DNA of 64,000 nucleotides, taken from the NCBI GenBank assembly GCA_041659905.1, contig JBAZXK010000001.1:122670-186669 (forward strand). The letters run 5' to 3'. Shown piece by piece: positions 1-9,678 of this stretch. The notes beneath the pieces were generated by a model. That model saw only the letters and a list, made by a program, of their open reading frames with translations, did no database searches and was not told where the DNA came from. The position numbers and the translations under genes are program-made. How positions within the stretch are numbered: position 1 is the first letter of the stretch; each line of letters starts with the position of its first letter. Origin of the DNA: Patescibacteria group bacterium (GTDB taxonomy: Bacteria; Patescibacteriota; Kazan-3B-28; UBA10110).

Positions 1-1
1 T

Positions 2-1978
2 AAGCTAGTATCAAAATTTAAACCGGCAGGAGATCAACCGACAGCCATAAAACAACTGGTGGAGGGTTTGCGTAAAGGTTATCAACATCAAACTTTACTC
101 GGGGTGACTGGTTCGGGTAAAACTTTCACAATGGCCAAAGTAGTGGAAGAAATTCAGAGGCCTACTTTAGTGATCGCTCATAATAAAACTTTAGCTGCCC
201 AACTTGCGGCAGAATTTAAAGATTTATTTCCCAATAATGCCGTGCATTATTTTGTGTCTTATTACGATTATTATCAGCCGGAAGCTTATATCCCGAGAAC
301 TGATACCTACATTGCCAAGGACGCATCCATCAATGAAGAAATTGATAAATTACGCCATGCGGCCACTCAATCGTTACTCACCCGTTCGGATGTGCTAATT
401 GTGGCTTCCGTTTCCTGTATTTATGGGTTAGGCTCGCCGGAAGATTATCGGAGCATTGCTATAGAAATCCGGACTAATAAAAAATATATTCGCGAAGCCC
501 TGTTGCGTAAATTAGTGGATAGCCAATATAAACGCAATGATGTTAATTTTGTGCGGGGAACTTTCCGCATTCAAGGAGAAGTGTTGGAAGTTTTCCCGGC
601 TTATAGTGATACGGCCTATCGCATAGAATTTTTGGGCGATACGGTGGAAAAAATTAAGCAGGTAGATTATTTAACCGGCGAAATTTTGGCTAATTTGGAT
701 GTGCTAGAAATTTATCCAGCAAAACACTTTGTGATGCCCCAGGAACGAATTGATCACGCTATTATCCAAATTGAAGAGGAATTGCAGGAGCGGCTCCAGG
801 AACTAAAATCAGCCGATAAATTAGTGGAAGCTCAGCGCTTAGAACAGCGGACTCGTTATGATATTGAAATGCTCCGGGAAGTCGGGTATGTTTCTGGTAT
901 TGAAAATTATTCCCGGTATTTAGCAGGCAGAACGGCTGACGAAATGCCGTCTACTCTGTTGGATTATTTCCCGAAAGATTTCTTGATGTTTATCGATGAG
1001 TCGCATATGACTATTCCCCAGATCCGCGGAATGTACGAAGGCGATCATTCGCGCAAGATGACTCTAATTGAACACGGTTTCCGCCTACCTAGTGCTTACG
1101 ATAATCGTCCCCTCCGCTTCCCCGAGTTTAGTCAGCATATTAACCAAGTAGTGTATGTTTCAGCTACCCCAAATGAATATGAATTAGAATTAAGCCGGCA
1201 AGTAGTGGAACAGGTCGTGCGTCCAACCGGTTTAATTGATCCCGAGGTAGAAGTAAGGCCAATCACTGGCCAAATCGACAATCTGATGCAAGAAATTGGC
1301 CAAGTAGTTGCCAAGGGTTACCGAGTGTTAGTAACCACCCTTACTAAAAAAATGGCGGAAGATTTAACCGATTTTTTGAACGAACAGGGGATCAAAGTCC
1401 AGTATTTACATTCCGATGTGGACACTTTTGATCGCATCGAAATTTTACGGGATCTGCGTTTAGGCAAGTTTGACGTGATCGTCGGTATCAACCTGCTTCG
1501 TGAAGGATTAGATTTGCCGGAGGTGGCGCTGGTCGCTATTCTAGATGCCGATAAAGAAGGATTTTTGCGATCCCGCACCTCGCTGATCCAAACCTTCGGT
1601 CGAGCTTCTCGGAATGTGGAAGGTCGAGTGATTATGTATGCCGATCGGATCACCGGCTCCATGCAAGCGGCAATGGAAGAAGCTGCCCGCCGGCGCGAAA
1701 AACAAATTGCCTACAATCAAGAACATCATATTACCCCTACTTCAATTGTGCGCAAGATTGTCAGTATTGCTTCGGAAGCAGAAACTGAAGCAGCCAAGCA
1801 TGAAGCTGAAGAAAAACGTAAACTAACCAAATTTGCCAAAACTGCTCACAGTGGAGAGATTGAACTGCTAATTGCCGATTTGGAGAATCGGATGGATTTG
1901 GCTTCCAAAAATTTGGATTTTGAAACTGCCATTGAACTTCGCGATGAAATCGATTTTCTCAAAAATCAGATAAAATAA
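2..1978 (+). CDS. uvrB: Excinuclease ABC subunit B (5' end lies upstream of the window)
   Basis: Frame open from position 2 ([16 protein letters not shown]). Walker [19 protein letters not shown] beta-hairpin, [18 protein letters not shown]-terminal UVR coiled coil. Confidence 0.98.
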   Translation, partial: KLVSKFKPAGDQPTAIKQLVEGLRKGYQHQTLLGVTGSGKTFTMAKVVEEIQRPTLVIAHNKTLAAQLAAEFKDLFPNNAVHYFVSYYDYYQPEAYIPRTDTYIAKDASINEEIDKLRHAATQSLLTRSDVLIVASVSCIYGLGSPEDYRSIAIEIRTNKKYIREALLRKLVDSQYKRNDVNFVRGTFRIQGEVLEVFPAYSDTAYRIEFLGDTVEKIKQVDYLTGEILANLDVLEIYPAKHFVMPQERIDHAIIQIEEELQERLQELKSADKLVEAQRLEQRTRYDIEMLREVGYVSGIENYSRYLAGRTADEMPSTLLDYFPKDFLMFIDESHMTIPQIRGMYEGDHSRKMTLIEHGFRLPSAYDNRPLRFPEFSQHINQVVYVSATPNEYELELSRQVVEQVVRPTGLIDPEVEVRPITGQIDNLMQEIGQVVAKGYRVLVTTLTKKMAEDLTDFLNEQGIKVQYLHSDVDTFDRIEILRDLRLGKFDVIVGINLLREGLDLPEVALVAILDADKEGFLRSRTSLIQTFGRASRNVEGRVIMYADRITGSMQAAMEEAARRREKQIAYNQEHHITPTSIVRKIVSIASEAETEAAKHEAEEKRKLTKFAKTAHSGEIELLIADLENRMDLASKNLDFETAIELRDEIDFLKNQIK

Positions 1979-2000
1979 AACAGCTTATTAACGAGCTGTT
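1979..2000 (+). terminator. Hairpin after uvrB
   Basis: aacagct-N8-agctgtt inverted repeat directly after the stop; weak U tail. Confidence 0.4.
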
Positions 2001-2028
2001 GTAACTTAACATCCAGGAGGTGAAAGAA

Positions 2029-2205
2029 GTGACAACAGAAGAGCGCATCCAGACATTGGCCGATATGCAGAAAACGGCTGAAAAGGTGAAAGGATGGCCA
2101 TTATGGCGTCAAGCCGTGCTTGGCACTAAGCACTTTACAGACGCAGAACTTAAGGCCTACAAGGCGGGCAAATCCTATGTTGATAGCGAGGACCCTCGCT
2201 CTTAA
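2029..2205 (+). CDS. Small orphan protein (~58 aa)
   Basis: AGGAGGTG SD at 2015-2022, 6 nt before GTG 2029; followed by a terminator. Confidence 0.6.
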   Translation: MTTEERIQTLADMQKTAEKVKGWPLWRQAVLGTKHFTDAELKAYKAGKSYVDSEDPRS

Positions 2206-2219
2206 CTTCTAAAACCAAC

Positions 2220-2242
2220 TAAACCACCCTAAGGGTGGTTTT
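2220..2242. terminator. Bidirectional intrinsic terminator
   Basis: aaaccaccc-taa-gggtggttttt between convergent genes. Confidence 0.8.
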
Positions 2243-3273
2243 TACTTGCTGGATCGGCCGCCCATCAGGGGCCATTCTTCGAGAATGACAAAAAACACAG
2301 AAGCGACTGGCACGGCCAGAAGCATACCTAAGATGCCCATCAGTTTGGCTCCAATCAGAATGATAATAATGATACTGATAGGGTTTAAACCGACGGTGTG
2401 CTGCATCACCTTAGGCACGAGCAGCTTGTTTTCCAATTCTTGCACTAAAATATAAAAAATAGTTACCATCAAGGCAGTTGTCGGCGAAATAGTGAAGGCG
2501 ATCAAAATGGCCGGCACTGCTGAAATAATCGGTCCGATAATGGGGATAATCTCTAATATTCCCGCCAAAATAGCTAAAGTCAGGGCATAAGGTATATTCA
2601 TCAACCAGAGGCCGACATAAACCAACAGCCCGACGATAATGCCCAAAATGATTTGGCCGCGGAGCCAGCCGCCCAATTTTACGCCAATTTTATGGGCAAT
2701 AGTGATTAAACGAGCTTTTTGTTTAATAGGGAACAAGGAAATAAAAAATTTCTTGATCCCATCTTCATCCAAAACTAGATAAAGAGTTAAAATAAACATC
2801 ACTGCCAATGCCGCCGCTCCGTTGAAGAAGCCGATAGTAGTATTAAAGATGTTTTGCAAAAATCCGCCCAAAAAATTAGATAATGAGTTGAGAGTTTCTT
2901 GGGAAGCATTGAGCCAAGCGTCGTTGCCGAGGTTTTTGAGGCTAGTGATCAAATTGCCGAAAGTCTTGAGATAGTCAGGCAACATAGCGGCCAATTGTTG
3001 GATCTGAATGATCAGTGGCGGCACAATGAAATAAACCACTGCGCTAATGAGAGCCAAGATAAATAAATAAACCATAATCACAGCGATAACTCGCGGACAC
3101 TTACGACGGCATAATTTGTCTATCACCGGAGAAAGGGCCGCTGCGATAATAACCGACACAAAAATAATAGCGATAATGTCGCGCACAAAATACAAAAACC
3201 ACAGCGCCAATAAAACCAGAATAACTTTAAAAATGGAGCCAGTTGATATATCTAGAATAGTTTTTTGATTCAT
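2242..3273 (-). CDS. AI-2E family transporter
   Basis: Multi-TM protein with GWLRGQ, LEIIPIIGP and QELENKLLVPKVM..VGLNP motifs. Start reassigned to ATG 3273 (MNQKTILDIS). Confidence 0.9.
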   Translation of the reverse strand: MNQKTILDISTGSIFKVILVLLALWFLYFVRDIIAIIFVSVIIAAALSPVIDKLCRRKCPRVIAVIMVYLFILALISAVVYFIVPPLIIQIQQLAAMLPDYLKTFGNLITSLKNLGNDAWLNASQETLNSLSNFLGGFLQNIFNTTIGFFNGAAALAVMFILTLYLVLDEDGIKKFFISLFPIKQKARLITIAHKIGVKLGGWLRGQIILGIIVGLLVYVGLWLMNIPYALTLAILAGILEIIPIIGPIISAVPAILIAFTISPTTALMVTIFYILVQELENKLLVPKVMQHTVGLNPISIIIIILIGAKLMGILGMLLAVPVASVFFVILEEWPLMGGRSSK

Positions 3274-3349
3274 TGTTGTTATAGTGGAAGTAGAGTAAAG
3301 CGAACATGATGCTATCGCCCACATTATACATAATATTGATAAAAAATCA

Positions 3350-4219
3350 TTGGAATTTTTAGAAATTAGTTTATCTGATCCCATTTATCCTGAATTACTA
3401 AAGCAGATTTTTGATCCTCCGGAGCGATTGTGGGTGTGGGGCAATCCAGAAATTTTAAATAATCCGGCCATAGCCATTGTGGGTTCACGTAAACCGAGCG
3501 ATTATGGTGTCCGGGCAGCTGGGTGGTTAGCCCGGGGATTAAGTCCTCATGCCTATATTATTTCCGGTCTGGCTTATGGCGTTGATACGGTGGCCCTGAC
3601 GGAGGCGGCCGATCCAGGCAAAGCCATAGCGGTGATCGGTTCCGGACTAGACAGAGATAGTTTTTATCCGGCCAGTAATTGGCAATTAGCCCAGCGGATC
3701 GTTGAGCATGGCGGAGCCATTATTTCAGAATATCCCATCGGCACGCCTCCCCTGAAACATCACTTTCCGGCTAGAAATCGGATTATCGCTGGACTGGCGT
3801 TAGGCGTGGTAGCAGTAGAAGCTGGTGAGAAAAGCGGAGCCCTGATCACTACCGATCTGGCTTTGCAATTCAATCGCGATGTGTTTGCTATAGCCGGGAG
3901 CGTCTTTGCTCCACAAGCAGTGGGTACTAATAAGTTAATTAAAGACGGTGCTCAAATTATTACCCAGGTCAGCGATGTGCTAACTAGTTTGGGTATCTCT
4001 GCTGCAGATCTTCCTATCCAGCCAAGGCTGGATTTATCAACTGTCGAACAAACCATCATTAATATATTGGCTACTCAAGCAGAGGGGCTATCAGTGAATG
4101 AGTTAACTAGCCGGGTTCAGCTTGACACCCAGAAAGTCAGTAGTACACTGACGATGATGGAAATTAAAGGAGTGGTGAAGAATCTGGGGGCCGGCAAATT
4201 TACCTGCCTGGTAAGTTAG
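3350..4219 (+). CDS. dprA: DNA-processing protein DprA
   Basis: AIVGSRK, ISGLAYGVD, FPARNRIIAGL, VEAGEKSGALIT, C-terminal winged helix. Confidence 0.95.
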   Translation: MEFLEISLSDPIYPELLKQIFDPPERLWVWGNPEILNNPAIAIVGSRKPSDYGVRAAGWLARGLSPHAYIISGLAYGVDTVALTEAADPGKAIAVIGSGLDRDSFYPASNWQLAQRIVEHGGAIISEYPIGTPPLKHHFPARNRIIAGLALGVVAVEAGEKSGALITTDLALQFNRDVFAIAGSVFAPQAVGTNKLIKDGAQIITQVSDVLTSLGISAADLPIQPRLDLSTVEQTIINILATQAEGLSVNELTSRVQLDTQKVSSTLTMMEIKGVVKNLGAGKFTCLVS

Positions 4220-4301
4220 TGTAAATATAATTTTGTGTTGGATAGATAAGCAGAAAGACCACTACTTGTGTTTTTAGCAAAAAGTATATATCATAAAATT
4301 A

Positions 4302-6959
4302 ATGAACAGTCAAAAAAACATCTTTTGTGATATTTCTTCTCTTTCAAATGAAAGCGATGTGGAACAATTCTTTGTCATCAGATTATTACAATATCTTGGA
4401 TATTCTGATAATCAAATAAAAACCAAAACATCGCTTGATGAATTTCTTATCGGAAAAGGGGCTAAAAACGAAAAGTATAAACCTGATTATGTTTGTTTTG
4501 TGAACAACAAACCAAAGATTGTAATAGACGCAAAATCCCCCCAAGAAAATATTAATAATTATGTTTACCAAGTATCGGGTTATGCTTTAGCCTTAAATAA
4601 AAAATTCAGAAACGAAAACCCAGTTCGGTATACAGTTTTGACTAATGGAGTGGCATTTGCCCTTTATAATTGGGATGAGGAAGAACCTATATTAATTTGT
4701 AATTTTGAAGATTTTAATGAGAATAGTGTACTCTTTAAAAAACTCATTTCCTTGTTGGATGTAAAACATGTAAAACATTTAGCTGGCAATGTAGACTTCT
4801 CGCTTCAGAATTTTTTGAGTAAACCAACTGTAGAAGAAGTAAAATCATCATTTAATAGATGTCATAATATTATTTGGAAAAAGGAAAAGATCAGTCCAAC
4901 AGATGCTTTTTATGAATTTTCTAAGATAATTTTCGTAAAGCTTAGTGAAGATGCTCGTATACACAGATTAAAGAATGAAAATAAAGAACTTCGACGGACT
5001 GATTTTAAGTTTTCAACAGACTGGCTTGAAGAGCGGGAAATTGAAACAGAAAATCCACTAAGTTCAATTTTGTTTAAAGATATTTATGACAAGCTTCAAG
5101 AGGAGATTGATAAAAATAAAAAGAAACAAATTTTCCTAGAAGGTCAAATAGAGTTAAAAGCCCCAACAATCAAAGAGGTGGTTAGAGTGTTACAAAACTA
5201 CGATCTCTATGCCATAGACGAAGACTTAAATGGCCGTATGTTTGAAACATTCTTAAACGCTACAATCAGAGGTAAGGAATTAGGTCAATACTTCACACCC
5301 AGAAAAGTCGTTAAGTTTATGACTAAGCTCGCAAATCTGAGGATTGTAAGAGAGAACGATAAAAACAAAATTGATAGAGTTCTTGACGCATGTTGTGGTA
5401 GTGGAGGTTTTCTCATTGATGCAATGGCAGACTTAACCAGTAAAGTCGAACTCAATAATAGCCTTATACCATATAAAAACGAACTTTTTACTCAAATAAA
5501 AACTGAGGCTCTTTGGGGAATAGAAGCCAATCCCAAAATTTCTAGGGTGGCCAGAATAAACATGTATGCGCATGGTGATGGTGGAAGTAGGATTTATTGT
5601 GCCGACTCATTAGATAAAAACATTTCTATCACTAAAGGCACTAATCCAATTATTAAGAAAGAATTAGAAGAACTAAAGAAACTTCTCGTGGAAGAAGGGG
5701 TTGAATTTGATGTGGTTCTTACTAATCCACCTTTTAGTATGTCTTACAGCCAAAAAGATAAGGATGAAAAAGAAGTCCTTTTACAATATGCAAATTCAGA
5801 TTATACACAAAATCTGACCTTAAAAAGTGGAACAACGGAACTAAAATCTTCAGTAAAATCGAATGTTTTATTTATTGCTAGGTACAACAGTTTATTGAGA
5901 AAAGGTGGAAAATTACTAATTATTTTGGACAACTCTGTTCTTAACAGTTATTCTCATAAAGAATACAGAGATTATATTAGGAATAATTTCATTATTAAAG
6001 CCATTTTTCAATTACCAACTCATACTTTTGTTAATCAAGAGGCGGGTGGTATCACCTCAATTCTATATCTTGAAAAGAGAATATCAGCAGTACAAGAACA
6101 GCCCCCTGTTTTTGCAAGGGAAATAGAAAATGTAGGTCACAGTACATCAGGGAAAGAATTGTCCGTAGATGATTTTGATAATGTCCTGAAGGAATATAAA
6201 AGATACGAATTAGAGGGGAAACTCTATTTTAAAGGTGAAAAACCATTGAAGGATTATGAACACGATCTACTCTTTCTGGTCCCAGCCGAAAAGATTCCAG
6301 ACAGATTAGATGTCTTTTTTCACCAACCAAGCTATCACAATCTTTTAAGTAAACTTCGCTCTTTGAGCAGTAAAGGCAAATGTGAAATAAAGACCTTGTC
6401 TGATTTTGAAAAAATACCGAACATAGACACAGAAGAAACAGATGATTCAGACGCGATATACAAATATATTGATATCAGCACCATTGATAAGGAGAGAGGT
6501 TTTATTATGGAGGATGATTGCGATGAAGGCACAAGGGAACAACTGCCTGATAGGGCTAAGCTTCTAGTTAGACAAAATGACATAATTTTTTCGAAACCAT
6601 TTAGGTCATTGAAAAAAGTAGCTATTATTCCGTTGTCGTTAGACAAACAATTAGCTAGTAGTGGCTTCTACGGCATTCGTCCTTCAAATCGCGAAGAAGC
6701 TTGTATATTATGGAGTATATTCAAATCAAACTTGATACAAGTCCAGTTGCTTCATTTATCTAGCGGTTATACTCAACGGGAATTAAACGAAGAATATTTG
6801 AAAGAGTATCTTTTAATACCAATAACAAACAAAAAAGATGAACTTGCTAGAGCTATAGAAAATAGTATTTCTGAAGCAACTGATGCTCGTCAAGAAGAAT
6901 TAAAGGCAATTAGAAATATCATCTCTGAACCAGAGAAATCAATAGAGTATATAAATTAA
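4302..6959 (+). CDS. Fused restriction-modification enzyme (HsdR_N-like nuclease + N6-adenine MTase + TRD; type IIG-like)
   Basis: KPDY..IVIDAK PD-(D/E)xK nuclease motif, GQYFTPR, DACCGSGGFL motif I, NPPF motif IV, S-subunit-like C-terminus. Visibly AT-rich relative to neighbours. Confidence 0.85.
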   Translation: MNSQKNIFCDISSLSNESDVEQFFVIRLLQYLGYSDNQIKTKTSLDEFLIGKGAKNEKYKPDYVCFVNNKPKIVIDAKSPQENINNYVYQVSGYALALNKKFRNENPVRYTVLTNGVAFALYNWDEEEPILICNFEDFNENSVLFKKLISLLDVKHVKHLAGNVDFSLQNFLSKPTVEEVKSSFNRCHNIIWKKEKISPTDAFYEFSKIIFVKLSEDARIHRLKNENKELRRTDFKFSTDWLEEREIETENPLSSILFKDIYDKLQEEIDKNKKKQIFLEGQIELKAPTIKEVVRVLQNYDLYAIDEDLNGRMFETFLNATIRGKELGQYFTPRKVVKFMTKLANLRIVRENDKNKIDRVLDACCGSGGFLIDAMADLTSKVELNNSLIPYKNELFTQIKTEALWGIEANPKISRVARINMYAHGDGGSRIYCADSLDKNISITKGTNPIIKKELEELKKLLVEEGVEFDVVLTNPPFSMSYSQKDKDEKEVLLQYANSDYTQNLTLKSGTTELKSSVKSNVLFIARYNSLLRKGGKLLIILDNSVLNSYSHKEYRDYIRNNFIIKAIFQLPTHTFVNQEAGGITSILYLEKRISAVQEQPPVFAREIENVGHSTSGKELSVDDFDNVLKEYKRYELEGKLYFKGEKPLKDYEHDLLFLVPAEKIPDRLDVFFHQPSYHNLLSKLRSLSSKGKCEIKTLSDFEKIPNIDTEETDDSDAIYKYIDISTIDKERGFIMEDDCDEGTREQLPDRAKLLVRQNDIIFSKPFRSLKKVAIIPLSLDKQLASSGFYGIRPSNREEACILWSIFKSNLIQVQLLHLSSGYTQRELNEEYLKEYLLIPITNKKDELARAIENSISEATDARQEELKAIRNIISEPEKSIEYIN

Positions 6960-6966
6960 AATTCGT

Positions 6967-9186
6967 ATGTCTGAATCAAAAAAATTAGTAGTAGTGGAAT
7001 CGCCCACCAAGGCGCGCACTATCAGTCATATTTTAGGCAACCGCTACGTGGTAGAGGCATCGATGGGACATTTGCGCGATTTGCCTAAAGCTAAATTAGG
7101 CGTCGATGTAGAACACGATTTTTCCCCTGATTACATTATTCCTACTGCCAGCCGCAAAGTGGTAACTAAATTAAAAAATCTGTATGAACAATACCCGGAT
7201 CTTATTTTAGCAACTGACGAAGACAGGGAAGGCGAAGCGATCGGCTGGCATATCACGCAAGCTCTCGGGATTGATCCGGTAAAAGTTCCGCGAATTGCCT
7301 TCCATGAAATTACTCGGGAGGCGGTTAAAGAAGCGCTGGAACATCCGCGGCAGCTTGATTTTAATTTAGTGGATGCCCAACAGGCCCGCCGCATTTTGGA
7401 TCGATTAGTCGGTTATAAATTATCCCCACTGTTATGGAAAAAAATATTTAGGGGGTTATCGGCTGGCCGAGTGCAATCAGTCACGGTGCGGTTGATTGTC
7501 GACCGCGAACGCGAAATCCAAAAGTTTACTCCAGAAGAATATTGGAAGATCAAAGTTGTCTATCAAGCCAAGCAGGGAAAATTTACTGCCGAGTTGGCTA
7601 CCATTGGTGATCAGCCAGCAGTAGTAAATAATCAAATTACGGCCGACCAGGTTGTGGCCGATCTTAAAGCAAACCCCTCGCAAATTACTAAATTAGTTAC
7701 TGCAGATAGGCTAAGATACCCCGGAGAGCCCTTAACCACCTCTACCTTGCAGCAGCAAGCCGGAACGCGCTTTGGATTCAGTGTTAAAAAAACCATGCTC
7801 TTAGCTCAACAGCTTTATGAAGGAGTCGCTTTGGGTGAAGGCGGTCATGCTGGTTTAATTACTTATATGCGTACTGATTCGGTTAATATTTCTTCGCGAG
7901 TGATTGATGATATTCGCAGTTGGGTGGATCAACAATTCGGCCCGCAATATGTACCGACCAAAGCCTATACGTACAAAAGTAAAAGCAAAACTGCCCAAGA
8001 AGCGCACGAAGCGATCCGTCCATCGGTGCCGTCTCGGACTCCAGACAGCCTATCGCCTTTTCTATCTCCAGATCAGGCCAAGCTGTATCGTTTAATCTGG
8101 GAAAGAACCATGGCTTCCCAAATGGCCCCGGCCATTTTGAGTCAAACTGATGTGATAGTGACATCGACAGATAAAACTTTAACTGCCCAGGGAGTGCAGA
8201 TCAAATTCCCGGGATTCTTTACTGTGCTCACTAAATCGCCGGTGTCAGAAATCACCCTGCCAGCCTTAACCCAAAATGAACCAGTACAGGCCCAGGAAGT
8301 GATGTCAGAACAAAAATTCACCGAACCGCCTGAGCGGTACACCGAGCCAGCTTTAGTTAAAACCTTAGAGAAACTAGGGATTGGCCGGCCGTCCACTTAT
8401 GCACCGACATTAACGACTATTGCTACCCGGGGTTATGTTAAAAAAGAAAAACGCTATTTAATTCCCCAAGAAACTGGTTTTTTGGTGAATGATTTTTTGG
8501 CACAACATTTTCCTGATATTGTTGATGTTCATTTTACCGCCCGGATGGAAGATGATCTAGACGAAATCGCCGACGGCAAACGCAAGTGGCAAGATGTGAT
8601 CAGGGAATTTTATCAGACTTTTGCTAAAATCCTAACCGAGAAGGAAAAAACATTATCCCGGCAAAATGAAGGTGAAAAAACAGACGAGGTGTGCGAAAAA
8701 TGCGGAGGGGCGATGGTGATCAAACGGGGCAGATTTGGTAAATTCATGGCTTGCACCAACTTTCCTAAATGTAAAAACACTAAACCGCTCGATGAAAAAA
8801 GCGGCGCACCAGAGCCGGTAGAAGTCACCGACGTAAAATGCGCTAAATGCGGCAATCCGATGGTGAAGCGCAAAAGCAGATACGGAGATTTTTTGGGCTG
8901 TAGCGGGTATCCGAAATGCGATTATATCCAAAATCTCAATCCTAATAATGGCGAAGTGGGCGGGAGTTGTCCTAAATGCAGTAGCGGTAAGGTCGTAGAA
9001 CGGCGCACCAAGCGAGGAAAGGTTTTTTATGGTTGCAGCGTGTATCCGAAATGCGATTTTGCCAGTTGGGACAGGCCAGTGCCAGAGAAATGCCCAACTT
9101 GTGGCGGTTGGATGGCAGCGTCTAAGACTAAAAAGGCTCCAGTATGCCAGAGTTGTGGTTTTGTCGATAAGGAGATTAAGGCTTAA
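6967..9186 (+). CDS. topA: DNA topoisomerase I
   Basis: VVVESPTKA TOPRIM, ATDEDREGEAI, SAGRVQS, LITYMRTDS catalytic Tyr, C-terminal C4 zinc ribbons. Confidence 0.98.
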   Translation: MSESKKLVVVESPTKARTISHILGNRYVVEASMGHLRDLPKAKLGVDVEHDFSPDYIIPTASRKVVTKLKNLYEQYPDLILATDEDREGEAIGWHITQALGIDPVKVPRIAFHEITREAVKEALEHPRQLDFNLVDAQQARRILDRLVGYKLSPLLWKKIFRGLSAGRVQSVTVRLIVDREREIQKFTPEEYWKIKVVYQAKQGKFTAELATIGDQPAVVNNQITADQVVADLKANPSQITKLVTADRLRYPGEPLTTSTLQQQAGTRFGFSVKKTMLLAQQLYEGVALGEGGHAGLITYMRTDSVNISSRVIDDIRSWVDQQFGPQYVPTKAYTYKSKSKTAQEAHEAIRPSVPSRTPDSLSPFLSPDQAKLYRLIWERTMASQMAPAILSQTDVIVTSTDKTLTAQGVQIKFPGFFTVLTKSPVSEITLPALTQNEPVQAQEVMSEQKFTEPPERYTEPALVKTLEKLGIGRPSTYAPTLTTIATRGYVKKEKRYLIPQETGFLVNDFLAQHFPDIVDVHFTARMEDDLDEIADGKRKWQDVIREFYQTFAKILTEKEKTLSRQNEGEKTDEVCEKCGGAMVIKRGRFGKFMACTNFPKCKNTKPLDEKSGAPEPVEVTDVKCAKCGNPMVKRKSRYGDFLGCSGYPKCDYIQNLNPNNGEVGGSCPKCSSGKVVERRTKRGKVFYGCSVYPKCDFASWDRPVPEKCPTCGGWMAASKTKKAPVCQSCGFVDKEIKA

Positions 9187-9226
9187 AGTCTGGATTTTCT
9201 CTGAGTTTTAAGTTATTATACAAGCT

Positions 9227-9676
9227 ATGAAGAAGGGTAAAGATCAGTCTAACCAGGCCAATTCTTTGCCTAAAAGGCTCTTGGCTCCACCTGGGCTCAT
9301 TATGACCGGCAGTGTTTTGTTGCTAGTTTTGGCAGAAAAATATTGGTTTAGAGGAGCCTTAGCTGAAGATCTCCCTTCTGGCGATACGGCAGCCGGTTTT
9401 AACGTTTTTGCTGATCTGATTCAAGAAGCAGCAGGGCCGCTGGTGGGGGTGATCGCCGTTGCGGCGGTGGTAGCCGGAGGAATTATTTATGCTCTTTCCG
9501 GCGGGGAACCAGGGAGAGTTAAAATGGCTAAAAATGTTATTTTATCAGCTATTTACGGCCTGATACTATATATTCTTATGAAATGGTTAATGCAACTTTT
9601 AGGTACTACAGTTACTGATTATTTCTCCGATTTAACTAACATTGCTTGGGTGATGTTTGGTCCTAAGCTTGGCTAA
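9227..9676 (+). CDS. TrbC/VirB2-like pilin-family membrane protein
   Basis: Hydrophobic hairpin AGGIIYALSGGEPGRVKMAKNVILSAIYGL, the pattern of CPR VirB2-like pilins. Confidence 0.6.
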   Translation: MKKGKDQSNQANSLPKRLLAPPGLIMTGSVLLLVLAEKYWFRGALAEDLPSGDTAAGFNVFADLIQEAAGPLVGVIAVAAVVAGGIIYALSGGEPGRVKMAKNVILSAIYGLILYILMKWLMQLLGTTVTDYFSDLTNIAWVMFGPKLG

Positions 9677-9678
9677 TT

